A stretch of 64,000 nucleotides of DNA from Candidatus Poribacteria bacterium (GTDB lineage Bacteria > Poribacteria > WGA-4E > WGA-3G): NCBI GenBank assembly GCA_965217715.1, contig OZ244563.1:3493083-3557082 (forward strand), written 5' to 3'. Positions 8,781-18,349 of this stretch are shown here, in pieces (the stretch's first letter is position 1; every line of letters begins with the position of its first letter). Made by a program: the position numbers and the translations under genes. Under the pieces are notes generated by a model that saw nothing but the letters and a program-made list of their open reading frames with translations, did no database searches and was not told where the DNA came from.

Positions 8781-10337
8781 ATGGCAAACGAAGATTTTAC
8801 CTCTAAAGTACCGCACTATACCTTCGCGGAAACGTTGGAAGAACAGGAAGAACAGTTAAAAACCAATCCGTTAATGCAACGGTTGAACGCTTATCGTAAA
8901 ACTTACAAAGACGACCCGCACCGTCCGATCTACCATTACATCAATCCAGAAGCAATGCTCAATGACCCGAATGGACTCTGTTTCTGGCAGGGACGGTGGC
9001 ATCTTTTCTATCAGGCATATCCACCAGAAGATACACGTCAGCACTGGGGACACGCCGTTAGTGATGACCTCATCCATTGGCGTGATCTACCCTACGCAAT
9101 ATATCCGAACCCGGAACGCTGCTGTTTCTCCGGTTCAACTTTCGTGGAAGAAGACCGCGTGATAGCGATGTATCACGGCACAGTTGTCGGCAACATGGTG
9201 GCGGTATCAAGCGACCCGCTCCTTCTGAATTGGGAGAAGGTCTCCGGCAAGGCAGTCATCCCATCAAGACATGCAGACGGCACAACACCTATCTACCGTG
9301 TTTTTGATCCGTGCATCTGGGAAAAAGACGACATGTATTACTCGCTATCGGGCGGAACGTTACCGCATGGCCCTGGTGGTAAACCTGTTCGCGCCAATTT
9401 CTTACTCCGCTCGGCAGACTTAGCGAACTGGGTCTATTTGCACCCCTTCGTTGAAGATGATCAATACACGTTGGTCGGCGATGATGGCGCATGTCCCTAT
9501 TTCTGGCCCATAGGTGACCGACACATCCTCCTATTTTTCAGTCACATGAGTGGTGGACAGTATCTGCTCGGTGATTACGACAAAGCACGTGATAAGTTTG
9601 TCGTGACAGCAGGGGCAAAAAACAATTTTGGCGTAGCATCTCCCGCTGGTGTTCATGCGCCGTCTGCGGTTCCTGATGGTGAGGGTGGTGTCATCGTAAT
9701 CTACAACATGAATCCAGCAAAACCTACCAAGGGTTGGAACCAGATTATGACGTTACCGCGCCGTCTAACGCTTCTCTCTAAAGATGAAATCGGTGTTGAA
9801 CCTGCAGGTGATATTGAATCATTGCGGTCCGACCATCAGCATGTCAATGCGACAACACTCCCCGCAAACGAGGAAGTTGTGTTAGAGAACATTAAGGGCA
9901 ATGCGATGGAACTTGAACTCGAAATTGACACCAAAGGCTCCCCGATGGTTGAGTTGAACGTGCTTCGTTCGCCGCAGAAAGAGGAATTCACCCGAATCGC
10001 TTTCTTCAGAGAACGCGGTATGCGTAATCACAATTCGGACAGAAATGTACGTGAAAGCCTGCTAACGATAGATTCATCGTATTCGTCAATTGCGCCAGAT
10101 GTGCGTTCACGAGCACCCGAAACTGGTGGGTTGTCAATTTTGGGGGACGAAACGCTCAAACTACGCGTATTTGTTGACAAGAGTGTCGTAGAAGTGTTCG
10201 CCAATGGACGGCAATGTGTTGCTATGCGCGTCTATCCCGACAGGGAAGATAGTGTTGGTGTGTCTTTGCGTTCTCAAGGGCAAGACAGTGAACTCAAATC
10301 ACTGGATGCTTGGCAGATGAAGAATATCTATGCTTAA
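8781..10337 (+). CDS. Glycoside hydrolase family 32-like (beta-fructofuranosidase/levanase fold)
   Basis: YHYINPEAMLNDPNGLCFWQGRWHLFYQ (NDPNG nucleophile block), WGHAVSDDLIHW and FSGS blocks. The RDP-like (VFDP) and EC-like (ACPY) blocks look non-canonical. Confidence 0.7.
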   Translation: MANEDFTSKVPHYTFAETLEEQEEQLKTNPLMQRLNAYRKTYKDDPHRPIYHYINPEAMLNDPNGLCFWQGRWHLFYQAYPPEDTRQHWGHAVSDDLIHWRDLPYAIYPNPERCCFSGSTFVEEDRVIAMYHGTVVGNMVAVSSDPLLLNWEKVSGKAVIPSRHADGTTPIYRVFDPCIWEKDDMYYSLSGGTLPHGPGGKPVRANFLLRSADLANWVYLHPFVEDDQYTLVGDDGACPYFWPIGDRHILLFFSHMSGGQYLLGDYDKARDKFVVTAGAKNNFGVASPAGVHAPSAVPDGEGGVIVIYNMNPAKPTKGWNQIMTLPRRLTLLSKDEIGVEPAGDIESLRSDHQHVNATTLPANEEVVLENIKGNAMELELEIDTKGSPMVELNVLRSPQKEEFTRIAFFRERGMRNHNSDRNVRESLLTIDSSYSSIAPDVRSRAPETGGLSILGDETLKLRVFVDKSVVEVFANGRQCVAMRVYPDREDSVGVSLRSQGQDSELKSLDAWQMKNIYA

Positions 10338-10637
10338 AAAGTTACGGTTCTTCGTATCCTACGTGCTATAAACATCTCGCCTTTACAAGAAGGAAGACTA
10401 TAGGATTCGAAGAACCGTGATCTGAACAAACCGTGGGGAATGTTGATATGGCAGAAAAGGGGATAAATAACAGGAAAAATCCTATTTTGCAGTCGGTGGT
10501 GCAGCAAAGATCGTCTCAATGGACGTGTGGCAAATGCGCTCTATTTGGGAAGAATTGAAATATCGGGAAGGGGAGTAGGAAGATAAATAAGATCAACAAT
10601 TTCATGATAATTTTAAAACATAAAGGAGTAAGAAGCC

Positions 10638-11789
10638 ATGAAACGTCTCACACTAACATCGCTGGGACAAATCCGTGAAGCCGATATTGTCTTTGGAGAT
10701 CTGACAGTGTTTGTCGGTGAACAAGCGAGTGGAAAGAGCATTCTACTCCAACTTGTAAAGTTAATTTCAGACGCAGGCGATACTACGCAAACTCTCAAAA
10801 AACACGGTTTTGATTGGCAGAAAAAAGTTGAGAATTTTTTATCTCTTTATTTTGGTGAAGGGATGGGGACGATTTGGAACAAGGATGAGACGAAAGTCAC
10901 CGTTGATAAGGTAGATTTTACGCCTCGAAAAGCGTTATTAAAGAGAAAGAAAGATGAGAGTCTTTTTCTGATACCGGCACACCGTGTTGTAACATTAAAA
11001 GATGGATGGCCACGTGCTTTTACCGACTATGGCACGAGCGATCCGTACGTCGTTAAGGAGTTCAGCGAACAATTGCGCCTATTGATGGAAGCGGGTTTTG
11101 GTTCAGGTGAAAGCCCTATATTTCCTCATGCAGGTCGTATGAATAAAACAATACGAGATGCAATCGGGAAAAGTATCTTTGGGGAGGCTGAGTTGAGATT
11201 GGATAGATCCGGGCTGCGTAAACGGATTGTATTAGATGTTGCGGGTGCTCAACTACCATTTATGGTGTGGTCTACAGGTCAGAGAGAATTCGCTCCTCTT
11301 TTACTGGGACTGTACAGGTTAATGCCTTCAGGAAGAGCGCAAAAGAAAAATAACATCAACTGGGTTGTTATTGAAGAACCGGAAATGGGGTTGCATCCCA
11401 AAGCGATCTCAGCACTTCTCCTCATATTTTTAGAGTTATTAAGACGAGGTTACAAAGTCATTGTTTCGACCCATTCATCGCAAATTTTAGAACTTATCTG
11501 GGCTATTCAACTCATTGCTAAATCAAAAAATGCACCAGCAAGGTTAAGACAGTTGCTGGATTTGAAACCGAATAGCTTTTCCTATGACCTTACAGAGACA
11601 GTCATGCACAAAAAAACGTTCAAAACCTATTATTTCTCTCGTGAAGACAGTGTTGTAAATGTCAAAAATATCTCAACATTAGATGCGGAGGACATGGATG
11701 TTGAAGTATCGGATTGGGGAGGGTTAACAGCATTCAGTACTAAAGTTTCTGAAGTCGTCTCTGAAGCTATGTGGAGGACAGACGTGTGA
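10638..11789 (+). CDS. AAA_21/AAA_15-type ABC ATPase (OLD/Septu/PARIS-like defense ATPase family)
   Basis: Walker A GEQASGKS. Mid-protein VIEEPEMGLHP (ABC signature/D-loop analog typical of AAA_21). H-loop VSTHSSQIL. Confidence 0.75.
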   Translation: MKRLTLTSLGQIREADIVFGDLTVFVGEQASGKSILLQLVKLISDAGDTTQTLKKHGFDWQKKVENFLSLYFGEGMGTIWNKDETKVTVDKVDFTPRKALLKRKKDESLFLIPAHRVVTLKDGWPRAFTDYGTSDPYVVKEFSEQLRLLMEAGFGSGESPIFPHAGRMNKTIRDAIGKSIFGEAELRLDRSGLRKRIVLDVAGAQLPFMVWSTGQREFAPLLLGLYRLMPSGRAQKKNNINWVVIEEPEMGLHPKAISALLLIFLELLRRGYKVIVSTHSSQILELIWAIQLIAKSKNAPARLRQLLDLKPNSFSYDLTETVMHKKTFKTYYFSREDSVVNVKNISTLDAEDMDVEVSDWGGLTAFSTKVSEVVSEAMWRTDV

Positions 11790-12238
11790 ATATTTTCAAA
11801 AAAGCAGTTCGGAGTGTACCTGAAATACACGATTGTTTCAAAGACGGGTTACAGGCATTAGGGTCAAATAGTAGCAAGATAAAAGGATATGCGAAAGGTG
11901 ACCTTGTAGGAAGTGTTAACATAGACACTTGTCTCAAAAACCGTTATCCGAACGCATCCCGTTGGGATTATGTATTTGGTTGTAATGACAGGATTTACTA
12001 TGTTGAAGTTCATCAAGGGAAAACAAGTGAAGTAACAAAAATTGTTGAGAAATTAAATTGGTTAAAACAATGGCATAAGACTGCAGCAACGAGTCTTGAA
12101 AATTTGAAGGATCGGAGCATCTATCACTGGGTCTCTACGAAAGGAACTGCATCAATTGCCAAAGGAAGCAGACATCGCAGAAGATTAGATCAAAATGGCA
12201 TCCGTGGACCGAGTGCCGTATTGCGTATTGAACGCTGA
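11771..12238 (+). CDS. Small hypothetical protein (155 aa) overlapping the ATPase gene; candidate effector/partner
   Basis: Its start overlaps the ATPase stop by about 19 nt, which suggests translational coupling. No recognisable domain. RWDYVFGCNDRIYYVEVHQGK has a weak D...E.K flavour. Confidence 0.45.
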   Translation: MEDRRVNIFKKAVRSVPEIHDCFKDGLQALGSNSSKIKGYAKGDLVGSVNIDTCLKNRYPNASRWDYVFGCNDRIYYVEVHQGKTSEVTKIVEKLNWLKQWHKTAATSLENLKDRSIYHWVSTKGTASIAKGSRHRRRLDQNGIRGPSAVLRIER

Positions 12239-12302
12239 TTCTATCTCGTAATTATGTTGTTTCTTGACTCAGACGGTTACTTGAAACTATGGAAAAATAC
12301 AA

Positions 12303-12935
12303 ATGAGCAAATCCATTGAAAAGGTCACTGCATTTATTACACAAAAACGAAATGAGGTGAACGCGCTACTTGTATTTAAACATCCCACTGCTGGCATCCA
12401 AATTCCTGCAGGCACAGTTGAAGAGGGTGAAGATATTGAAACAGCGGTAAAGAGAGAAGTCTATGAAGAAACAGGACTACAGCATGTAAAAATTGAGAAA
12501 TATCTCGGTTGTATTGAAAATGAATTAGACGAACAAGAACGGATAATAACAGAAACAACCAACGTTTATATTAAACCCGATTTAAACGCAATTCCTTACA
12601 GAGACAAGCTAACCAGAGGACTTACTGTAGAACATCATTCTACTGGCAAAGACTTCACGCACATTTCATATTTTGAATATGATAAATTTCCCAATCCTTC
12701 TTATGTCGCCTATAATATTACGGGATGGGTGCCGAATACAAACTTGAGTAAACAAAAAACAAGACATTTCTTCCTATTGAGCACAACTGAAGAAACAGAG
12801 GATATGTGGGAATTGAAAAGCGATAGAGGTCATATTTTTCAACCTTTTTGGACACCGCTTTCACCGAAGCCCGAAATTGTGTTCCCGCAAAATAGGTGGA
12901 TGGACTTTGTCTACGAGAAAATACTTGCCGAATAA
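12303..12935 (+). CDS. NUDIX hydrolase
   Basis: NUDIX box GTVEEGEDIETAVKREVYEETGL (G-x5-E-x7-REVxEETG). Confidence 0.7.
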   Translation: MSKSIEKVTAFITQKRNEVNALLVFKHPTAGIQIPAGTVEEGEDIETAVKREVYEETGLQHVKIEKYLGCIENELDEQERIITETTNVYIKPDLNAIPYRDKLTRGLTVEHHSTGKDFTHISYFEYDKFPNPSYVAYNITGWVPNTNLSKQKTRHFFLLSTTEETEDMWELKSDRGHIFQPFWTPLSPKPEIVFPQNRWMDFVYEKILAE

Positions 12936-13596
12936 CTGTAGTAACAACATCTCAGGAAAATAAGCAACAATAATCAATTTCAAAGATGAACACTGCCGCT
13001 GCATCGTCCAGCACAGTTTCATTGAGTTGGCGGAAGCGGAGTTAATCAAGCGACGAGACGAACCGATTCTCTGGTGCTAACGTTGTGGACAGCAATCGCT
13101 CTACGCTTCCCTCGATGATGATTATCACGGCCGGTGAGACAGAGATATCTCGGCTTGCACCCATCACCGAGGATTTGCGTGCCGCCCATGCCGCGTCGCT
13201 CGGATTCGGAGAAGGTGGGATATCCCAACAGAAACCAAAAACATTACCTTAAAGCGTGTACTGGGTGAAAAGAAACCGAAACATTGAATCTGTAAGCCCT
13301 CAATATACTTACTATTACAACGCAAGTTACCACTTGAGTATCCATGAATGTTCGATTAGCAGATACCTCTCAGCAAGCATCGCTCTCAGAAAGCTGTCAT
13401 GCTGAAAGCATAAAATATCCAGCCACCACTGAATTCGTCCAGATTTTTTGTTTAGAAAATTGAAACTGTGATAGAATGACAAACAATGGTAGGAGCGATT
13501 CAGTGGTATGTCCACACATTACATGTTTAACTCGTATATGTCGTCACGAATTCACAATTCACAACCTTCTTACACAATGAAAGGAGATCATGACAG

Positions 13597-14361
13597 ATGA
13601 AGATCGTAATAGCGAATTTAATTCTTGGGTGTGCCAGTTTAATTGTCCTTATCTTGATATTCGTTGGCATCAGCAATGCCGAACTTGATCTGAAAACCGT
13701 TGTCGGAATGTGGCACTTTGATGATGACAAGGGGAATACAGCGAAGGATTCCTCTGAAAATGGCAATGACGGAAAACTTGTGAACAGTCCAAAATGGACA
13801 AAAAACGGTAAGTTCGGATCTGCACTGGAATTTGATGGAAATGAAAGTAAAGGCCAGGTGGCTGTTGGGGATTTGGGTTTATCTGGAACGATCACATTAA
13901 TTTTGTGGGCAAATCCAAACGATGCGGTTAATGATGATCGGCTAATATCGAATACCAGTGGACCGACAAATCCAGCCTTCGCAACCCGGTTCCAAAATGG
14001 CGCGGTTGAAATCTGGGGTACCGCCTGGAAACCCGTCATCCCAAAATTTGATAATAATAAATGGGGGTATTATGCCTTCGTATTTGATGGTGCTGGAAAT
14101 GTGACAGGCTATTACAATGGTAAAAAAGAGGACACGGTTTCCGATCCCTATGTTTTTACGGAGATCGGTATTGGCGCGAATTTTTTAGATCAATGGGGAC
14201 AATATTTTTCAGGTCTCTTTGATGAGGTCGCGTTTTTCAATGTTGCTTTGACTGAGGCTGACATTAAAGCTCTCATGACAAAGGGGCTCAAATCCGCGTT
14301 GTCGGTTTACCCCGCAAGCAAATTAACTACAACATGGGGAAATATAAAAGCCAACCTATAG
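13597..14361 (+). CDS. Secreted LamG-like domain protein, paralog C, C-terminal KLTTTWGNIKANL tail
   Basis: N-terminal hydrophobic signal/anchor. LamG-like blocks (GKFGSALEFDG ... YYAFVFDG ... YYNGK). Shares the C-terminal KLxTTWxxIKA tail with 3208..3993 and 4099..4887. Confidence 0.55.
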   Translation: MKIVIANLILGCASLIVLILIFVGISNAELDLKTVVGMWHFDDDKGNTAKDSSENGNDGKLVNSPKWTKNGKFGSALEFDGNESKGQVAVGDLGLSGTITLILWANPNDAVNDDRLISNTSGPTNPAFATRFQNGAVEIWGTAWKPVIPKFDNNKWGYYAFVFDGAGNVTGYYNGKKEDTVSDPYVFTEIGIGANFLDQWGQYFSGLFDEVAFFNVALTEADIKALMTKGLKSALSVYPASKLTTTWGNIKANL

Positions 14362-14570
14362 GGATCAAGTTAAGTACAAAGCAGGTCCTCATCAGCATTT
14401 TCAATAAGGAATTGAATGGCATCGCTTCATCAGGTTATGATGCCATGCTGCTTTTGGCAAACTCGATTGAACAGGCCCATTCAACGGATCTTGTTGCGGT
14501 TCGCGATGCGTTGGCCGCAACAAAATACTTTCCGGGCTCAACCTATATTTCTCATTACGATGAGAGATAG
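14334..14570 (+). pseudogene. Remnant: C-terminal ~55 aa of a branched-chain amino acid ABC transporter substrate-binding protein
   Basis: The translation ...YDAMLLLANSIEQAHSTDLVAVRDALAATKYFPGSTYISHYDE resembles the C-terminus of Leu/Ile/Val-binding proteins. There is no N-terminal body, and it overlaps the LamG paralog stop. Confidence 0.35.
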
Positions 14571-14729
14571 CATCCCGTCAAAAATCTGGCAATCCTGACG
14601 GTTGGCGATGGTAAATTCCAAACCTATAAAATCGTTGAGTCGTAATTCTCTGGTAGAGCTGTGCAAAGGAAGGGTTTAACGCCTAAAGCCTTCACAGTTT
14701 CCTGACACACTTTCTTGGAGGGATAAAAG

Positions 14730-15833
14730 ATGTCAACTTATCGTGCAGGCGTAATCGGTTTAGGACGGATGGGAAGCACTTTTGATGACGAAATTACACA
14801 GGGAGGTTCACTTTTCCTGCCTTACTGCCACGCGCCAAGTTATGACGCATCACCGAAAACAGAATTGGTCGCAGGTGCAGATCTACATGCTGAACAAGCC
14901 TCAATTTTTGGTGAACGTTGGGGACTCGGTTCAGAACATATCTATAGCGATTACCGTGAAATGTTAGAGAAGGAAAACCTTGATATTGTCAGCATTTGCA
15001 CGACAGCACGGGTACGGGAGGCTATCGTGCAAGATGTGGCGCGTGCTGGTGTCAAGGGTATCTGGGCAGAAAAACCGATTTCGCTGAGTCTTGCTGAAGC
15101 GGATGCGATGGTGGATGTCTGTCAAGAAAACGGTGTCGTAATGGCAATAAATTGTGCAAGACGTTGGAATCCTTTCTTTAGCGAGGCAAGGAAACTGATT
15201 GACGAAGGTGAAATCGGTGATGTGCTGCAGGTTACTGTTTATGCGCAATGTGGTCTCTCACATAACGGCAGTCATGCCATTGATATTCTACGCTATATGG
15301 CAGGTGGAAATGTGGAATGGGTTTTCGGTGAGATGCAGTCTGATGAAGCTGCAGCAGGTGAAAACGACCTGATGGGAAACGGCTATCTTGTTTTTGATAA
15401 CGGTGTCCGAGCATATCTCCGAAGCATGTCGTGTGGTGCTGCACCGTGGGAGGTGGATGTCATCGGCACAAGTGGACGCATCCGCTCAATCAACAATGCC
15501 GAAACTTTTGAGTTAATCCGTATGGTTCCCGGTGGTAGGCGCGGACGTGGTGTGCCTGCGACATGTCCGTTCCCTTGGCCCGTGCGGATGCAAGGGATGG
15601 GGTTAACCATTGTTGACGACATTATCAATGCTATTGAAAATGGAGGTTCACCCAAATGTTCAGGTGAAGATGGACGTGCTGCACTTGAGGTCGCTATTGC
15701 ACTCCGAGAATCGCATCGGCGTGGTGGTGTAAAGGTGGAGTTGCCGATTGAAGACCGAGACCTTCGTATTCTTTCGTCTGAGATTCGGGGTGACGATACG
15801 CCTGCGCGGGTTAGACGATCACAAGGGCGTTGA
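14730..15833 (+). CDS. Gfo/Idh/MocA family NAD(P)-dependent oxidoreductase
   Basis: N-terminal Rossmann segment YRAGVIGLGRMGS. The EKP motif (WAEKP). Length and layout are typical of the family. Confidence 0.8.
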   Translation: MSTYRAGVIGLGRMGSTFDDEITQGGSLFLPYCHAPSYDASPKTELVAGADLHAEQASIFGERWGLGSEHIYSDYREMLEKENLDIVSICTTARVREAIVQDVARAGVKGIWAEKPISLSLAEADAMVDVCQENGVVMAINCARRWNPFFSEARKLIDEGEIGDVLQVTVYAQCGLSHNGSHAIDILRYMAGGNVEWVFGEMQSDEAAAGENDLMGNGYLVFDNGVRAYLRSMSCGAAPWEVDVIGTSGRIRSINNAETFELIRMVPGGRRGRGVPATCPFPWPVRMQGMGLTIVDDIINAIENGGSPKCSGEDGRAALEVAIALRESHRRGGVKVELPIEDRDLRILSSEIRGDDTPARVRRSQGR

Positions 15834-15853
15834 TATAAGGAACAATCAAATAC

Positions 15854-16792
15854 ATGCCACAAAAAACCGCATTCGTCTATCACCCAGACTATCTTAAGCA
15901 CGACACAGGTCCCGAACACCCAGAACGCCCTGACCGACTCAGAGCCAGCCTCGCAGCACTCCAACAAAGCGATGTTTGGGAGCAGCTGCACCACATTGAC
16001 CCCACACCAGCGACCGTTGAACAGATCGCTTATGCACATAAACCCGGTTATAGCGAACATATCCGTCAATACTGTGAAGCAGAAATCCCACTCACCTACG
16101 ACACACCTGTCGGACATGAATCATACCATATTGCCCTACTTTCAACGGGTGGGGTGTTATGTGCAGCAGAGGCGGTAGCGACAAAGAAAGTGAAAAACGC
16201 TTTTGCGATGGTGCGTCCACCAGGACACCACGCGACACCGGGGCAGAGCATGGGGTTCTGCCTGTTCAACAACATAGCCGTTACAGCACGTTATCTCCAA
16301 CGGGAACATAGCGTGGGGAAGGTTGCAATCGTGGATTGGGATGTGCATCACGGTAACGGCACGCAAGACATTTTCTACAAAGACGAATCGGTTTTCTTCT
16401 TTTCTATTCATCAGTCTCCGCTCTACCCCGGTACAGGTTCAAAATATGAACAGGGTAGCGGGAATGCAAAAGGGACTACACTAAACGTGCCGATGCCGCC
16501 CGGAAGTGGCGATAGCGAATACATTGCTGTCTTTGAGGATATTCTCACCTCTGCATTACAAGATTTTTCGCCTGAGTTTATCCTGATATCCGCTGGATTT
16601 GATGCACACTATCTTGATCCACTTGCCCACATTGACATAACTGCAGAGGGATTTGCGAAGTTAACCGATTTGGTACTGGGTATAGCAGAGGACATTGCAT
16701 CGGGCAATGTCGTTTCGGCATTGGAGGGCGGGTATAGTTTGGAAGGCATCTCCGAATCTGTTGTGGCGCATGTGGAACGTTTGAGCAGCTAA
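15854..16792 (+). CDS. Histone deacetylase-family protein (acetoin utilization AcuC / acetylpolyamine amidohydrolase-like)
   Basis: IVDWDVHHGNGTQDIF and SIHQSPLYPGTG, followed by the SAGFDAH block. This is the arginase/deacetylase-fold Zn hydrolase signature. Confidence 0.8.
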   Translation: MPQKTAFVYHPDYLKHDTGPEHPERPDRLRASLAALQQSDVWEQLHHIDPTPATVEQIAYAHKPGYSEHIRQYCEAEIPLTYDTPVGHESYHIALLSTGGVLCAAEAVATKKVKNAFAMVRPPGHHATPGQSMGFCLFNNIAVTARYLQREHSVGKVAIVDWDVHHGNGTQDIFYKDESVFFFSIHQSPLYPGTGSKYEQGSGNAKGTTLNVPMPPGSGDSEYIAVFEDILTSALQDFSPEFILISAGFDAHYLDPLAHIDITAEGFAKLTDLVLGIAEDIASGNVVSALEGGYSLEGISESVVAHVERLSS

Positions 16793-16858
16793 ATGAATAG
16801 TAGGTTTTACGATTATTTATGGTAGATTTTAGAATTAATTAGACATTATTCACATGTA

Positions 16859-16925
16859 GGAGGGAACTCCGATTCCCGACTATCAATGGCTTTGGTCGCG
16901 ATTCGGAGATCGCTCCTACATGTGA
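16859..16925. repeat. ~65-nt repeat family GGGAACTCCGATTCCCGACTATCAA ... GTCGCGATTCGGAGATCGCTCCTACA (representative copy)
   Basis: Copies or partial copies at 5041..5103 (reverse), 19361..19427, 23881..23911, 26255..26315, 32431..32450, 33976..34048 and 35800..35852. Confidence 0.75.
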
Positions 16926-16968
16926 GGCGTATAATTATTTCAATAATTCACCATAAATACTGTGAACA

Positions 16969-16994
16969 GGCGAGGTTAGGAAACCTCGCCTACC
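16969..16994. repeat. REP-like hairpin module GGTAGG-stem-GGTT-AGGA/TCCT-AACC-stem-CCTACC (representative copy)
   Basis: More than 20 copies, for example 16969, 18268, 19199, 21989, 23281, 23328, 26769, 35300, 35381, 35430, 35515, 35560, 35687, 38248, 38375, 53760, 56138, 56182, 58095. The outer stem differs between copies with compensatory changes (cgagg/cctcg, gtgcg/cgcac, gatgc/gcatc, gttcg/cgaac). Confidence 0.85.
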
Positions 16995-17000
16995 GATTAA

Positions 17001-17040
17001 TTTAAGAGGCGCAATGAATTGCGCGACTACAAACACCACA
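17001..17040. repeat. Repeat family AAGAGGCGCAATGAATTGCGCGACTACAAACA (GCGCAAT-GA-ATTGCGC hairpin)
   Basis: Copies at 17001..17040, 19090..19130, 33805..33836, 56038..56072 and a partial copy at 26976..26992. Confidence 0.75.
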
Positions 17041-17087
17041 AATCCTAAGAAAATGTTCACTTAATTTTATAATCATAGTATCGCGAA

Positions 17088-18218
17088 CTATTCAACATCT
17101 TTTGCACAACGGAATCCGAGCGCACCAATCCCCGCATAAGCAGGACTATCTCCATAACGATTTGCAGCGCGTAACCATTCAGGATTACCGTTCCATCCAC
17201 TACCACGCAGGACACGATCAGTTACAACGTTCTCAAAATCGTTTACAATTTCTTCAATGTTTTCAGCACCAGCGACAGGATTTTGTTTTGGAGAATTTGC
17301 ATAGAAGTCACTCTGGTATGCGTCAAGACACCACTCCCACACATTCCCCGCCATATCATATACGCCGTAATCATTTGGTAGGTATTTACCAACAGGTGTC
17401 GTATGTCCGATATTCTTACCGTAGTTGGCTCTTGTCCCGTTAATCGTATTACCCCACGGATATTTTTTGCCTTTTAGTCCACCGCGTGCTGCCTTCTCCC
17501 ATTCTGCCTCTGTTGACAGACGTTTATCTACCCATTGTGCGTAAGCCATTGCGGCATACCAACTGACGTAACGTACAGGATGCTCACCTTCCTCGTCAGG
17601 ATAATTATTACCATTCCAATCGTGCAGATAATTACCATTTTGGAATCTTTCCTCAATGCGGTTTTTCTGCCACTCAGGGTTTGCGAGAATAAAGTCCTTA
17701 AATTGTGCATTGGTAATTTCGTTTTCATCAATATAAAAAGCATCAATATAAACGGTATGCTCGGGTTGTTCATCAGCATCACCATCTTCGCTTCCCATCT
17801 GAAATTCACCTTCCGGAATTAGCACCATCCCCTCAGGAGCAATAAGTTCCGGTTCAGAAACTTGCTCAGGTTCAACATCAAGCGGTTCGGAAGTACCTAC
17901 TGTGTATGTTAAATCTCGGGTTCCACCCTCCCATGTGAGTGTCAAGGTAAATTGTCCTTGTGGGAATGGACCCGCGATTGTGACCGTTGTGCCAAATATT
18001 GTGGCGGCACCCACATTCACCGCTACACTGCCAGGGTCTTTGTCAAAAGTAACGGTAATAGTGCTATTTGCCTTTATCATGCTACCGGGCGTTGGGTTTG
18101 CACGCAGCAACCGGACGGTTTCAACGTCATCATCTTCTGCCCGTTCTCCACAACCAGCGATGTAAACAACGGACATTCCTATTATTACCAACGCGAAAAT
18201 TTTTAACAAGGTTTTCAT
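17088..18218 (-). CDS. Lipoprotein with C-terminal formylglycine-generating enzyme (FGE/SUMF1) domain
   Basis: Lipoprotein signal (..VVYIAGC). FGE-sulfatase domain blocks: YPWGN, GNVWEWCLDAY, RVLRGSGWNGNPEWLRAANRYGD. Confidence 0.8.
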   Translation of the reverse strand: MKTLLKIFALVIIGMSVVYIAGCGERAEDDDVETVRLLRANPTPGSMIKANSTITVTFDKDPGSVAVNVGAATIFGTTVTIAGPFPQGQFTLTLTWEGGTRDLTYTVGTSEPLDVEPEQVSEPELIAPEGMVLIPEGEFQMGSEDGDADEQPEHTVYIDAFYIDENEITNAQFKDFILANPEWQKNRIEERFQNGNYLHDWNGNNYPDEEGEHPVRYVSWYAAMAYAQWVDKRLSTEAEWEKAARGGLKGKKYPWGNTINGTRANYGKNIGHTTPVGKYLPNDYGVYDMAGNVWEWCLDAYQSDFYANSPKQNPVAGAENIEEIVNDFENVVTDRVLRGSGWNGNPEWLRAANRYGDSPAYAGIGALGFRCAKDVE

Positions 18219-18349
18219 AGTTTCTCCTATTATGGTAGATTTTAGAATTACTTGGACATTTGCACCGGCGAGGTTAGGAAACCTCGCCTACCTGGGATGA
18301 AAGTGTCTATTTATTTTTATGATTCACCACAGATATTTTCAAAACAAAT

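Noticed and set aside
13527-14039. 170-aa minus-strand ORF overlapping LamG paralog C
   Set aside because: It lies antisense to a gene with signal peptide, domain blocks and a conserved C-terminal tail. It has no features of its own.
15383-16117. 244-aa minus-strand ORF spanning the end of the oxidoreductase gene and the start of the deacetylase gene
   Set aside because: It lies antisense to two well-supported genes and is Arg/Ser/Cys-rich and low-complexity. It looks like a shadow ORF from GC-rich third positions.
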